DNA of 64,000 nucleotides from an uncultured Bacteroidales bacterium (GTDB lineage Bacteria; Bacteroidota; Bacteroidia; Bacteroidales; P3): the NCBI GenBank assembly GCA_900316515.1, contig ONDE01000002.1:139947-203946 (forward strand), read 5' to 3'. Of the stretch, positions 30,788 through 41,043 are shown piece by piece (the stretch's first letter is position 1; every line of letters starts with the position of its first letter). Below the pieces are notes generated by a model. It had not been told where the DNA came from and ran no database searches. It was given only the letters and a program-made list of their open reading frames with translations. The position numbers and the translations under genes are program-made.

Positions 30788-32995
30788 CTAGTGGCCGTAG
30801 TCGGCCATGAACTTGATGCGCATCAGGCGTATTTCCTCTTCGGTGTAGTCGGGATCGTCGCTGAATTCTTCGTAAGCATCTTCGAGCGAGTCGCTCTCAG
30901 AGTTGCGCCAGTAGTCGAGCAGGGCCTCCTGGTGGTCTTCTTCTATGACGTCGTTGATGTAGTAGTCGATGTCGAGTTTGGCGCCGCTGGAAATTATGTG
31001 TTCCATCTCTGTGAGCAGTTCGTCCATCGAGATACCTTTGCCGTCGGCTATGTCTTCGAGACTCTTGCGACGGTCGATGCTCTGGATGATGTATACTTTG
31101 AGGCGTGACTTGTTGACGGCCGAGCGCACCACGATGTCCTGTGGGCGTTCGATGTCGTTGTCTTCGACGTATTTTTTGATGAGTTCGATGAAAGGACCTC
31201 CGTGTTTCTGGGCCTTGGCTACACCCACGCCCGAGCAGTGCGCCAGTTCGTCCATGGTGCAGGGGTATTGGAGGGTCATGTCCTTGAGCGAGGTGTCCTC
31301 GAAGATGACGTAGGCAGGCAGCTTCTCTCGGGCGGCGATGCTTTTGCGGAGGCTCTTCAGCTGCACATAGAGGGCTTCGTCTCCGGCAGCCGATGCGCCG
31401 CTGGCATTCTGTGCCATCAGTTCTTCTTCGTCTTCTTCTGCGGCTGCCGAGTAGTCGTGGTCGCATGCCACAGAGATGCTGTAGGGCTTTTTGAGGAATT
31501 TGTTACCTGCTGGGGTTATCTTCAGTACGCCGTATTGTTCAATCTCTTTCTGCAGCAGTCCTTCGAATTGTGCCTGGCGTAGCACGGCTTTCCAGAAAAG
31601 GTCGTTGCGATCGTCGCCTGCGCCGAACTGCTCGAGCTTGTCGAGGTGGTAGTTCTTGGTGTTGGTGTTGCGGCGACCCATGAGCACGTCGACGATGTCT
31701 TTTGGCTTGAAGGCTTGTTTCATCGCCGCTATGGTCTCAAGGGCCAGTACGGTTTCTTCCTTGGCCTCTTCGTGGGGTTTGGGGTGGAGGCAGTTGTCGC
31801 AGTTGCCGCAGTATGCTTCGTTGTAGTCTTCGCCGAAGTAGCGCAGTATGTTGAGCCGTCGGCAGGCCGAGCTTTCAGCGTAGGAGACCATTTCCTGCAC
31901 CAGTTGGCGGGCCATCTCCTGCTCGGTGACATTCTTTTCGGTGAAGAACTTATATAGTTTCTCTACGTCCTGCTCGCTGTAGAAAGCTATGCACCGGCCT
32001 TCGCCGCCATCGCGACCGGCCCGTCCGGTTTCTTGATAGTAGCCTTCGATGCTCTTGGGAATGTCGTAGTGGATGACAAAACGCACATCGGGTTTGTCTA
32101 TGCCCATGCCGAAGGCTATGGTGGCTACTATGACGTCAACTTCCTCCATGAGGAACTTGTCTTGGTTCTCGGCGCGCACTTTGTTGTCGAGGCCGGCGTG
32201 GTAGGGCAGGGCTTTGATGCCGTTGATGACCAGCAGTTCGGCCAGGTCTTCGACTTTCTTGCGTGTGAGGCAGTAGATAATGCCGCTCTTGTTGGGGTTC
32301 TCTTTGATGAAGCGGATTATCTCTTTGTGCAGTTGCATCGGGTCGGCAGGCTTGGGACGCACCTCGTAGTACAGGTTGGGTCGGTTGAAGCTGGACACAA
32401 AGGTCTTGGCCTGTTCCATACCGAGGTTCTTAATGATGTCCTGCTGCACTTTTGGTGTGGCCGAGGCTGTGAGGGTGAGGATGGGCACTTTGGGGTTGAT
32501 AGCCTTGATGGCATCGCGCAGGCGGCGGTATTCGGGACGGAAGTCGTGGCCCCACTCCGAGATGCAGTGTGCTTCGTCGATGGCAAAGAAGGTTATCTTT
32601 ATTTGCTTGAGCAATTCAATGGTTTCCTCCTTCGAGAGGGTTTCGGGGGCTACGTAGAGCAGTTTGGTGTCGCCCTTGAGAAGGTCGTCTTTGACTTCGT
32701 TGACCTGTGCACGGTTGAGCGACGAGTTGAGGAAGTGGGCCACACAGTTGCTGCCCGAAGTATAGCGAACGGCATCGACCTGGTTCTTCATCAGTGCTAT
32801 CAGCGGCGACACCACGATGGCCGTGCCGTCGAGAATCATGGCCGGCAACTGGTAGCATAGACTCTTGCCGCCACCGGTGGGCATAATGACAAAGGTGTCA
32901 TTGCCGTCGAGGAGACTCTGTATGATTGCCTCCTGGTCGCCTTTGAACTTGTCGAAGCCAAAGATTTCTTTCAAATATGCCTGCAAATCTGCCAT
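30788..32995 (-). CDS. recQ: ATP-dependent DNA helicase RecQ
   Basis: MADLQAYLKEIFGFDKFKGDQEAII...PTGGGKSLCYQLPA, DEAHCISEWGHDFRPEY, and C-terminal RQC/HRDC-like regions are present. I prefer the internal ATG at 32995 over the tracked 33094. Confidence 0.9.
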   Translation of the reverse strand: MADLQAYLKEIFGFDKFKGDQEAIIQSLLDGNDTFVIMPTGGGKSLCYQLPAMILDGTAIVVSPLIALMKNQVDAVRYTSGSNCVAHFLNSSLNRAQVNEVKDDLLKGDTKLLYVAPETLSKEETIELLKQIKITFFAIDEAHCISEWGHDFRPEYRRLRDAIKAINPKVPILTLTASATPKVQQDIIKNLGMEQAKTFVSSFNRPNLYYEVRPKPADPMQLHKEIIRFIKENPNKSGIIYCLTRKKVEDLAELLVINGIKALPYHAGLDNKVRAENQDKFLMEEVDVIVATIAFGMGIDKPDVRFVIHYDIPKSIEGYYQETGRAGRDGGEGRCIAFYSEQDVEKLYKFFTEKNVTEQEMARQLVQEMVSYAESSACRRLNILRYFGEDYNEAYCGNCDNCLHPKPHEEAKEETVLALETIAAMKQAFKPKDIVDVLMGRRNTNTKNYHLDKLEQFGAGDDRNDLFWKAVLRQAQFEGLLQKEIEQYGVLKITPAGNKFLKKPYSISVACDHDYSAAAEEDEEELMAQNASGASAAGDEALYVQLKSLRKSIAAREKLPAYVIFEDTSLKDMTLQYPCTMDELAHCSGVGVAKAQKHGGPFIELIKKYVEDNDIERPQDIVVRSAVNKSRLKVYIIQSIDRRKSLEDIADGKGISMDELLTEMEHIISSGAKLDIDYYINDVIEEDHQEALLDYWRNSESDSLEDAYEEFSDDPDYTEEEIRLMRIKFMADYGH

Positions 32996-33041
32996 AACGT
33001 TACAATAATTAGTATAAAGCTGCGTTATCAATTCAGTTTTA

Positions 33042-33072
33042 CAAAGATAGTTAAAAAAAATAAACCAGCAAA
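33042..33072 (-). promoter_or_regulatory. Bacteroidetes-type promoter for recQ
   Basis: On the minus strand, TATCTTTG (33042-33049) and TTTG (33069-33072) are separated by 19 nt. The boxes lie about 45 nt upstream of the recQ ATG. Confidence 0.45.
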
Positions 33073-33084
33073 ATAAAAAACACT

Positions 33085-34047
33085 TTGAAGACACGCGACG
33101 AGATAAAAAGTATTGCTATTCAGGTGATTGCCGATGAAAAAAAAGCCGTCGAAAATTTGGCTGACCACATTGGAGACGCCTTTGCCGAGGCTGTGGAAAC
33201 TATTTTTTCGGCACCGGGGCGTGTGGTTGTAACAGGTATCGGCAAGAGCGCCAACATAGCCACCAAGATTGTCTCAACACTCAATTCCACAGGCACTCCG
33301 GCTCTTTTCCTGCATGCTGCCGACGCTATCCACGGTGATCTCGGCATGGTGCGTCCGGGCGATGTGGTGATATGCATCTCGAAAAGTGGCAATACCCCTG
33401 AAATCAAGGTGTTGGTGCCTCTGATAAAGAACTTCGGCAACAAACTGATAGCCATTGTCGGCAACACCGACTCTTTTCTGGCTCATGAGGCCGACTTGGT
33501 GCTCGACACCACTGTGGAGCACGAGGCCTGCCCCAACAACCTGGCCCCCACAAGCAGCACTACAGCGCAGCTGGTGATGGGCGACGCGCTTGCTGTGGCC
33601 CTCATAGAGTGTCGCAACTTTTCGGCTCGCGACTTCGCCCGTTTCCACCCCGGTGGCGCACTCGGCAAACAGCTTTATATGCGTGTGGCCGACCTATACA
33701 TACAGAACGAACGTCCTGCTGTATCGCCTGCAGCAACCATCGACGAGACAATACTGGAAATGACTTCCAAACGTCTGGGTTGCACTGTTGTCCTCGATGG
33801 CGAGGAGATAAAGGGTATCATCACCGACGGCGACCTTCGCCGCATGATGCAGACGTTCCATTCGCCCAAGACGGCAGCCGACATCATGCACGCCAACCCC
33901 AAGCGTATCCTCGACACAGAATATGCGGTCAACGCGTTGCAAATTATGCGGCAGAATTCTATCACACAACTCATAGTGGTCGATGCCGACGACCGCTATC
34001 TGGGAATTATTCACATACATGATATACTGAGAGAGGGCATAATATGA
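33085..34047 (+). CDS. kpsF: KpsF/GutQ family arabinose-5-phosphate isomerase (SIS + 2 CBS)
   Basis: The 320-aa ORF contains [15 protein letters not shown]...[11 protein letters not shown] and C-terminal CBS pairs. The start at 33085 is TTG. Confidence 0.85.
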   Translation: MKTRDEIKSIAIQVIADEKKAVENLADHIGDAFAEAVETIFSAPGRVVVTGIGKSANIATKIVSTLNSTGTPALFLHAADAIHGDLGMVRPGDVVICISKSGNTPEIKVLVPLIKNFGNKLIAIVGNTDSFLAHEADLVLDTTVEHEACPNNLAPTSSTTAQLVMGDALAVALIECRNFSARDFARFHPGGALGKQLYMRVADLYIQNERPAVSPAATIDETILEMTSKRLGCTVVLDGEEIKGIITDGDLRRMMQTFHSPKTAADIMHANPKRILDTEYAVNALQIMRQNSITQLIVVDADDRYLGIIHIHDILREGII

Positions 34048-34865
34048 AACTGTATACAGACAAGGTGGTAAAGATATACCGATCGCGTACTGTCGTCAAG
34101 GAGGTGTCGGTCGAGGTGAGCCAGGGCGAGATCGTGGGTCTGCTGGGTCCCAATGGCGCTGGCAAGACGACGACATTCTATATGGTGGTGGGTATCATCA
34201 AGGCCAACTCGGGACGGGTGTTCTTCGAAAGCACCTGCGAAGAGGACAAGCAGAACCCGATGTTCGAACATAAGCATGCCGAGCGTCCCGACGGGGCACC
34301 ATGGCGTTTGGATATAACCAGCTTGCCGATGTACCGCCGCTCGCAGATGGGGGTGGGCTATCTGGCTCAGGAAGCTTCGGTGTTCCGCCAAATGTCGGTG
34401 GAGGACAATATAGCCTCTATCCTCGAGTTTCGTAAGGACCTCACCAAAGAACAGCAGCAGGAGAAGCTGGAGTCGCTGCTCAACGAGTTCCGTTTGCAGC
34501 ATATCCGTAAGAGCAAGGGCATACAGCTCAGCGGCGGCGAAAGACGTCGTACCGAGATAGCACGTGCATTGGCCAACGATCCAATGTTCCTGCTTCTCGA
34601 CGAGCCATTTGCCGGCGTCGATCCCATAGCAGTGCAGGACATACAGGATATTGTGGCACACTTAAGGGAACGCAATATAGGTATCTTGATAACAGACCAC
34701 AACGTGCGTGAGACGCTGGCAATCACCGACCGCGCCTATCTGCTCTATGAGGGTAATGTTTTGCACCACGGCACCCCCGAGGAGATGGCCGCCGACCCCG
34801 ACGTGAGGGAGAAATATCTGGGTCGCGACTTTGAGCTGCGTCGTGCAAGGACCATGGAAATATAA
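34044..34865 (+). CDS. lptB: LPS export ABC transporter ATP-binding protein LptB, with a ~25-aa insertion
   Basis: It has Walker [18 protein letters not shown]-loop [12 protein letters not shown], signature LSGGERRR and Walker [10 protein letters not shown]. It overlaps the kpsF stop by 4 nt. Confidence 0.85.
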   Translation: MKLYTDKVVKIYRSRTVVKEVSVEVSQGEIVGLLGPNGAGKTTTFYMVVGIIKANSGRVFFESTCEEDKQNPMFEHKHAERPDGAPWRLDITSLPMYRRSQMGVGYLAQEASVFRQMSVEDNIASILEFRKDLTKEQQQEKLESLLNEFRLQHIRKSKGIQLSGGERRRTEIARALANDPMFLLLDEPFAGVDPIAVQDIQDIVAHLRERNIGILITDHNVRETLAITDRAYLLYEGNVLHHGTPEEMAADPDVREKYLGRDFELRRARTMEI

Positions 34866-34876
34866 TATTGTTTGCA

Positions 34877-35920
34877 ATGGAGAGATATTGTGTTATCATG
34901 GCTGGCGGCATAGGTAGCCGTTTCTGGCCACTGAGCAAGGACAACTGTCCGAAGCAATTTCTTGATATACTTGGCACTGGCAAGAGTTTTATACGTGCCA
35001 CCTTCGAGCGTTTCCTGCCTGTGGTGCCGGCCAAGAACTTCGTGGTGGTGACCAACGCGGCATACAAAGCCTTGGTGCTCGAGCATCTGCCGGAACTGAG
35101 GGAGAATCAGGTGCTTTGCGAGCCTATGCGTCGCAATACGGCGCCTTGTATCGCCTATGCTACCTACCATATCCTCAGCCAGTGCCACGAAGCGTCTATA
35201 GCAGTCACTCCGGCCGACCATCTGGTTACCAACGAGCGGGAGTTCCAGCGAGTGATAGGGGAGGGGTTGGATTTTGTGGAACACAAACGCGAAGCTCTGA
35301 TGACGATAGGTATCAAGCCGTCGCGCCCCGAGACAGGATATGGATATATCGAGGTCGACGAGGTCAGGGATGGTATTGTTCCCGTGAAGAGTTTCAAGGA
35401 GAAACCAGACCTTGAGACGGCCAAAAAGTTCCTCGCAGCAGGCCGCTATTTCTGGAACTCGGGCATATTCTTGTGGAGTAGCGACGCTATAATGAATGCT
35501 TTCAAGAGCCATCTGCCCGATATGGTAAATCTCTTCGACGAAGGCAAGCCCCTGTTTGGCACCGACAAAGAGCAGGACTTTATCAATCGCCAGTTCGAGC
35601 GGTGCGAGAATATCTCAATCGACTATGGCGTGATGGAACGGTCGCATAGCCGCTATACTGTCGCCGCCGATTTTGGCTGGAGCGACATAGGTACCTGGGG
35701 CTCACTCTACACCCATGCGGCCCACGATGGCGCCGGTAATGCCGCCACGGGTCATGCCGTGTTGGTCGACACTACAGGCAGTGTGGTGAACATAGAGAAG
35801 GGTTATGAAGCCATTGTACAAGGGATGGACCACTGCCTGGTGGCCTTGCGCGACCACTCGCTGCTGGTATGTCGGCTCGACGACGAACAACAGATAAAAC
35901 ACTGGGTAGAGAAACTATAA
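34877..35920 (+). CDS. mannose-1-phosphate guanylyltransferase
   Basis: MERYCVIMAGGIGSRFWPLS...GYGYIE...FKEKPD...YFWNSGIFLW matches the family. I prefer the ATG at 34877 over the tracked TTG at 34868. Confidence 0.85.
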   Translation: MERYCVIMAGGIGSRFWPLSKDNCPKQFLDILGTGKSFIRATFERFLPVVPAKNFVVVTNAAYKALVLEHLPELRENQVLCEPMRRNTAPCIAYATYHILSQCHEASIAVTPADHLVTNEREFQRVIGEGLDFVEHKREALMTIGIKPSRPETGYGYIEVDEVRDGIVPVKSFKEKPDLETAKKFLAAGRYFWNSGIFLWSSDAIMNAFKSHLPDMVNLFDEGKPLFGTDKEQDFINRQFERCENISIDYGVMERSHSRYTVAADFGWSDIGTWGSLYTHAAHDGAGNAATGHAVLVDTTGSVVNIEKGYEAIVQGMDHCLVALRDHSLLVCRLDDEQQIKHWVEKL

Positions 35921-35924
35921 GAAA

Positions 35925-35962
35925 AGCGAAGGGGCTGCAGTTTGCAGCCCCTTCGCTTTGTT
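35925..35962. terminator. bidirectional rho-independent terminator
   Basis: A 15-bp perfect stem, AGCGAAGGGGCTGCA (35925-35939) with TGCAGCCCCTTCGCT (35943-35957), has loop GTT. T-rich tracts flank it on both strands. Confidence 0.65.
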
Positions 35963-35973
35963 AGAACTTCCTG

Positions 35974-36177
35974 TCAGTTCAGGAAGAGCTCGATCGGCAT
36001 TCCTCCGGCCTCCACAATCTGGCAACTGCGGGCAAAGTTCAGAATGTTTTGCAGAACCTGCTCCGAAGGACGTATGTCTGTGCTTGCAGAAGCTACGGAA
36101 AATGTGTCTGTGCTTAAGAAATCGTATTCCTGCATCATACGCGCCGTTATTTGGTTAATAAAAAATGTATTCACCAA
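35974..36177 (-). CDS. small hypothetical protein (67 aa)
   Basis: The ORF lies between merR and the terminator on the same strand. I recognise no family, so this is a weak call. Confidence 0.3.
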   Translation of the reverse strand: MVNTFFINQITARMMQEYDFLSTDTFSVASASTDIRPSEQVLQNILNFARSCQIVEAGGMPIELFLN

Positions 36178-36228
36178 TATAAACGACCCGATATGCGTTA
36201 AATTGTGTGGGGCAGAAAATTTAACATT

Positions 36229-36543
36229 TCAGAGTACTTCTTTGAGTCCCACGAGGAACGAGCGCACCTCCTTGAGGTTGTTCACCAGTTCCATCTTGGG
36301 ATCTTCAACGGGACGTGTGCGCATCTGTTCCCGGGCGCCTTCGAGGGTGTAGCCGCATTCGCGTGTAAGGTGGTGTATGCGCCGTAGGATATCTATGTCG
36401 TGCTCTGTATAGCTACGCACTCCACGTTTGTTCTTAACAGGATGTATCTGCTTGAACTCACTCTCCCAAAAGCGTAGCACTGTCGGCTGTTCGCCGACCA
36501 TCTCGGCCACTTCGCCTATGGTATAGTACAACTTTTTTTCCAT
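36229..36543 (-). CDS. MerR family transcriptional regulator
   Basis: The 104-aa ORF has an N-terminal MerR HTH (YTIGEVAEMVGEQPTVLRFWESEF). Confidence 0.8.
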   Translation of the reverse strand: MEKKLYYTIGEVAEMVGEQPTVLRFWESEFKQIHPVKNKRGVRSYTEHDIDILRRIHHLTRECGYTLEGAREQMRTRPVEDPKMELVNNLKEVRSFLVGLKEVL

Positions 36544-36551
36544 GGCTTATA

Positions 36552-39107
36552 TTAATATGAATAGTAACCTTGGTTTTCGAGGTAACTCTCGCTCTTCTCG
36601 TATTTCACGTCACGCAGCGCATCGGCCTTTATGTTTATTTGGAACGACCAGCTGCGGTAGTAGCCGAAAGGTACCCAGCTGAAACGCATCTCCCAGCAGT
36701 GCAGGTCGCGGTAGATGTCGACGGTGGTGTATGACATGCCTTTGTTGACAAAGTCATACCCCGTGGTCATGGCTATCTTCCAGTTCTGGGTGAAGCTTAT
36801 GTTGCCGGAGATATTGATGCTCTGTATGTTCTCGTTCTTCAACCCCATCTCTGCAGCTACATAGCGCGACACATGGCTGAAGGTGTAGTTGATGCTTATG
36901 TTCCACGGCACCGAGAAGTCGACATAACCACCCATCATCATTGCAGGACTATAGTTGTAAGGAGTCTGGAGCAGGGTGTACATCGGCTGGCCGTTGGATT
37001 TTGGCGCATCTTTTCCTTTGAAGGTGTTGTTGTTTAAATTGAATGAGAGCTGTGCGCTCCAAGTGGAGTTCTCGGTGCGGAACAGTTTCCGCTCAGCTTC
37101 CCAGAGAAACTGGTTGTGCATGTTGCCTATCGAGTCGATGACGTATGGACAGAAGGAACCGCTGTAGTTGAGCACCAAAGAACGGAATAGTGTGGTGCGG
37201 CCGGTGACCGAGAGGTTGCTGAAGTTCAGCGAGTCCTTGGCTATGTCGTATGAACCGCTGAGGTTTAGGTTTTCGAGGAGTGTAATCTTTTTCACCTCGG
37301 CCGCAGTGTCGAAGGGATTCTGTACTTTTATCTCCAGGTTGTTGCCTATCGACAGACGAACCTGTCCGCTGCGGCCGTCGGCAGGACCACCGTAGAGCGA
37401 GTTTTGGAAGATTGAGTAGCGGTGCACGTAACCTGTGGTGTCGGTATATTGTTTCCAGTAGCCAAGCTTCTCACTGCCGAAGTCGGGTCGGTAATTGAAG
37501 GAGAGCGAGGGGTTGATGACATGGCGTAAGGCCTTCAGAGGGCCGAACTTGAACTGGAACATGCCGTAGATGCGGGTGGAGAGCGACGAACTGAAACTTA
37601 CATCGCGGTTGGCACGGAATCCGCGCACGGTGTCAATGGTCACTTTGCCTGTGGTGTTGTCGTATCTCTTGTCAATGGTGCTCCAATGCCATCGCTCATT
37701 GTAGGATACCGAGTTTGTCCAATTGAAGAATTTCAGCACTTTGATACTCGACGACAGAGGTATCGAGTGTTGTATACCGTATTGCATACGGTCGAGTGTC
37801 GTCTGTTTGAAGAGGTCGGAATCTTGTGCCGTGATGTTGTTCTCGGCGTTCATTGTGTAGGACAATGAGATGTTTTCCCACCAGCGGTACGCTCCCGATG
37901 GGTTGCGGCGTCGCAGTGGGTAGATGGTGACCGACGAGAGGGAAATCGACGGCAGCTTGATGTTCATCACGCCGGTTTGTGAGTTGAACGACTCGCGCGC
38001 TGTGGCCGCCAGATTCAGATACGACCCCAGTTTGGTGTTGTAACTGATGGACGATGTTGTAGTTGAGTTGAAATAGTCGTTCCGGTTGGTTGTGTTCTTG
38101 TTGTAGTTGCGGCTTTGCAGGTTGACGTTGGCCGAGAATCGACTGTAAGGGTTGGCTTTGGTGTCTTGGTTGTGTTGCCAGGTTACCTTGAAGTCGTTGT
38201 ATGCGCTGAAAGTGTTTGTGTCGCCGCGAATGCCGGTGAAGGTGCGTCCGAAACGTAGGTCCAGCAAGCCTTTGTACTTATATCGTTTGTAATAGTTCGA
38301 CTTGGCTTCGGCAGCCCAACTGAGATTGGTGTACAGCTCGCCTAGCATGGCGAGGTCGACATTGTCGTTGATGGCCCAATAGTAGCCGCCGTCTTTGAGG
38401 TAGTAGCCGCGATAGTTCATCCAACCATAGGAGGGCAGTATAATGCCCGAAGCACGGTTGTGGGTTATGGGGAAGAACGCAAACGGCAACGCAAGTGGGG
38501 TGGGAGCGTCCTCGATGGTGAGCCAAGCAGGACCGGTTACAATCTTGTCTCCGGTTATGAGTTTGCTCTTTGTGAAGTTGATGGCGAAATGGGGGTGGGC
38601 ATAGTTGCATGTGGTGTAGCTGCCTCCGCTGAGGTACATCACCGAATCGTTGATTTTCTTCACTTTCTTACCGTGCAGGTAGCCGTCGCCTTCCTGCGTT
38701 ATCACTCCTTGGATGATGCCCTTCTGATTGCCGTAGTTGAAAGTGATAGTGTCGGCATGGTACTCGTCCTCGCCTTGCTTGAAATAGGGGCGTCCGCTTA
38801 CATCGCCAGTCGTGTCTGATAGACCGTGGGCATGAAGAGTTTGTTTGTCAAAGTCCACCTCGACATGATCGGCCTGCAGGTTCATCGCCTCATAGTCGAT
38901 AACGCCCTCGCCGTAAAGGTATGCACGGCGCGAATTGAGGTCCATGGCCACCGAGTCGCGGGCTTTGTATTTGATTGTCTCTTTGACGGGATTGCTCGAC
39001 ATGCGCATTACGGTGTCGATATCGTTTTGGGCATGGACCGACATCCCCGCCATTACCAACAGCAGTATCAAAAATACCCTCGCCACATATCTCTTCCGCC
39101 TATTCAA
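36552..39107 (-). CDS. putative LPS-assembly outer-membrane protein (LptD-like, Bacteroidetes type)
   Basis: The 851-aa ORF has a signal peptide (LLLVMAGMSVHAQ), an OstA-like N-terminus and an aromatic-rich beta-barrel-like body ending ...YYSY. The family call is from memory. Confidence 0.65.
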   Translation of the reverse strand: MNRRKRYVARVFLILLLVMAGMSVHAQNDIDTVMRMSSNPVKETIKYKARDSVAMDLNSRRAYLYGEGVIDYEAMNLQADHVEVDFDKQTLHAHGLSDTTGDVSGRPYFKQGEDEYHADTITFNYGNQKGIIQGVITQEGDGYLHGKKVKKINDSVMYLSGGSYTTCNYAHPHFAINFTKSKLITGDKIVTGPAWLTIEDAPTPLALPFAFFPITHNRASGIILPSYGWMNYRGYYLKDGGYYWAINDNVDLAMLGELYTNLSWAAEAKSNYYKRYKYKGLLDLRFGRTFTGIRGDTNTFSAYNDFKVTWQHNQDTKANPYSRFSANVNLQSRNYNKNTTNRNDYFNSTTTSSISYNTKLGSYLNLAATARESFNSQTGVMNIKLPSISLSSVTIYPLRRRNPSGAYRWWENISLSYTMNAENNITAQDSDLFKQTTLDRMQYGIQHSIPLSSSIKVLKFFNWTNSVSYNERWHWSTIDKRYDNTTGKVTIDTVRGFRANRDVSFSSSLSTRIYGMFQFKFGPLKALRHVINPSLSFNYRPDFGSEKLGYWKQYTDTTGYVHRYSIFQNSLYGGPADGRSGQVRLSIGNNLEIKVQNPFDTAAEVKKITLLENLNLSGSYDIAKDSLNFSNLSVTGRTTLFRSLVLNYSGSFCPYVIDSIGNMHNQFLWEAERKLFRTENSTWSAQLSFNLNNNTFKGKDAPKSNGQPMYTLLQTPYNYSPAMMMGGYVDFSVPWNISINYTFSHVSRYVAAEMGLKNENIQSINISGNISFTQNWKIAMTTGYDFVNKGMSYTTVDIYRDLHCWEMRFSWVPFGYYRSWSFQINIKADALRDVKYEKSESYLENQGYYSY

Positions 39108-39213
39108 ATTATTTAATTTTCAGCATTCAAAAATTATTTGTATTTTTGCATTTCAGTTTGCAAAGATAAAACTATTTATTGAAACTGAGAAACAAAAAAT
39201 TATTGTTTTGGAT

Positions 39214-41040
39214 ATGAAACGATTAATTATACTCTTTATTGTGCTTATATTGCCTTGCGGGGCGGTTTTTTCTCAAAAAAAAGAGACCTATAAGGTGCAT
39301 ACGGTGGTAATCGACCCAGGCCACGGTGGTGCAAAACCGGGAGCCCGCGGCAGCCGTTCTTACGAAAAAAACATCACCCTGGATGTCGCCAAGAAGTTCG
39401 GCAAGCTCATAAAGGATAATTACCCCGACGTCAAGGTTATCTTTACCCGCACCAACGACGCCGATATATCGCTCGCCGAGCGTGCCCGCATAGCCAACCG
39501 CAACAAGGCTGACCTCTTCATCTCCATACACGCCAACTCGCATCCCACTTCGGTACCCAATGGTGTGGAGACTTTTGTCATGGGTCTGTCCGAGAGCAAA
39601 GCCAACCTCGAGGTTGCAAAGAAAGAGAATGCCGATATTCTGCTCGAGGCCGACTATAAGGACAATTCCGATTATAGTGTCTTCGACCCCAATTCCCCCG
39701 AGAGCTATGTGCTGCTCACCCTCTTCCAGAACTCCTTCCTGGAGAAGAGCCTTAATTTTGCTCAGGCCATCCAGAGCCAGTATATGCGCAACCTGAAGAC
39801 TATCAACCGTGGTGTGAAGCAGGCCGAGCTCTTTGTGCTCTACAAGACCACCTGCCCATCGGTGCTCACCGAGATAGGATTCATTAGCAATCCCAACGAG
39901 GAAGCTTTCATGCTATCCGACGAGGGTCAGGCGAAAATAGCTGTGAGCTTGTTCAACGCGTTTATGAACTTCAAAGCCACCGAGGAGGGAAGTAACAAGC
40001 CCGCCAACCCGAAATTCGACATTCCCGGCTACAAGGCGCCCAAGCAGGCTAAGCCCGCCGAAACTCAAAACGAGGCGAAACCTGAGCCCACGCCCGCGGT
40101 GGTTGCCGTTGCCGATGCGGAAAAAGAGACGTCCCAGGCTTCCGAGCCCAAGGCCCAGCCTGAGCCTGCTCCCAAGGCTCAAACTGAATCCAAGGCCGAG
40201 GTTGCTCAGGTTGCCGAACCTGCCAAGGAAGAGGCTAAGCCGGCCGAGCCGGTCACGCCCGCACCGGCAGTCGAGCAGGCAGCCCCTCCAGCCAAGCCTA
40301 CCCCCACCGTCGAATTGCCGCCACAGCCAGTTAAACAGGAACAGCCCGTTGCCGAGCCTCAACCCGAACCTCAACCGACGCCAGCACCTCAACCCGCGGC
40401 AGAGCCGAAGAACGAAGCTCCAGCCGCACCGGTACAGGAGATCGAAACCCTCATGCCTCCGCAGAATACCGCCTCTGCCGATGCAACGTCATATTACACC
40501 GTACAGTTCCTTACAATGGCCACCCTCTACAAGGCTGGAGCACCCGAACTTCAAGGTATCAGTGACTTCCAGACGTTCCGCCAAGGCAAGATGTATGCCT
40601 ATATCACAGGCCGTTTCGCCACCCAACAGGAGGCGGCAGCATATTGCGCCCATGTGCGTCGTACCACAACCTTCCGCGACGCTTGGGCTTACCAGTACAA
40701 GGGCCCGGCAGCCGAAAAGCCCCAGCAGCCGACAGCTACACCGGCCAAGCCGGCGTCGACAGCCATTAAAGGCTTGACATTCAGGGTCCAGTTCTGCACG
40801 GCTACCAGGAATATGAAAGCTGGCGACCCTGACCTGCAAGGTATAAAGGATATCCATACCGGCCGCTCGGGTCGTTTCTATATCTACACCGCCGGCGACT
40901 ACGCCACCCAGCAGGAAGCTCAGCAACGCTGCAACAGCATCCGTAAGCAAACTTCCTTCAAGGATGCTATGGTGATTGCCATCTACAATGGTGAACGTAT
41001 AACCCTCGAGAGGGCTGCCGAAATACAGAAAAGGAAGTAA
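39214..41040 (+). CDS. N-acetylmuramoyl-L-alanine amidase (Amidase_3) with a long Pro/Ala/Glu-rich linker and two C-terminal SPOR-like domains
   Basis: I chose the ATG at 39214 (MKRLIILFIVLILPCGAVFSQ). The amidase core reads VVIDPGHGG...SIHANS...NRGVKQAELFVL. A low-complexity linker spans about 39975-40490. Two YTVQF/FRVQF...ATQQEA modules follow. The tracked start at 38935 overlaps lptD and is rejected. Confidence 0.85.
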   Translation: MKRLIILFIVLILPCGAVFSQKKETYKVHTVVIDPGHGGAKPGARGSRSYEKNITLDVAKKFGKLIKDNYPDVKVIFTRTNDADISLAERARIANRNKADLFISIHANSHPTSVPNGVETFVMGLSESKANLEVAKKENADILLEADYKDNSDYSVFDPNSPESYVLLTLFQNSFLEKSLNFAQAIQSQYMRNLKTINRGVKQAELFVLYKTTCPSVLTEIGFISNPNEEAFMLSDEGQAKIAVSLFNAFMNFKATEEGSNKPANPKFDIPGYKAPKQAKPAETQNEAKPEPTPAVVAVADAEKETSQASEPKAQPEPAPKAQTESKAEVAQVAEPAKEEAKPAEPVTPAPAVEQAAPPAKPTPTVELPPQPVKQEQPVAEPQPEPQPTPAPQPAAEPKNEAPAAPVQEIETLMPPQNTASADATSYYTVQFLTMATLYKAGAPELQGISDFQTFRQGKMYAYITGRFATQQEAAAYCAHVRRTTTFRDAWAYQYKGPAAEKPQQPTATPAKPASTAIKGLTFRVQFCTATRNMKAGDPDLQGIKDIHTGRSGRFYIYTAGDYATQQEAQQRCNSIRKQTSFKDAMVIAIYNGERITLERAAEIQKRK

Positions 41041-41043
41041 GCT

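Noticed and set aside
29764-30790. Integrated element next to the tRNA cluster (tRNAs are common integration sites)
   Set aside because: There is no integrase, no duplicated tRNA 3' end and no phage-like ORFs. The Thr-Tyr-Gly-Thr-tuf arrangement is the conserved ancestral one. The 390-bp gap at 30400-30790 holds a promoter and the recQ terminator, with only weak sub-70-aa ORFs.
38935-39213. Upstream extension of the amidase ORF (tracked start 38935)
   Set aside because: It overlaps the 5' end of the lptD-like gene on the opposite strand and runs through the AT-rich promoter spacer. A proper signal peptide begins at the ATG at 39214.
39913-40777. ORFs 39913..40392 (-), 40103..40777 (+) and 40489..40950 (-) inside the amidase linker/SPOR region
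   Set aside because: These are alternative-frame or antisense readings of a Pro/Ala/Glu-rich low-complexity coding segment, and their products are Arg/Leu/Gly or Pro/Arg/Ser junk.
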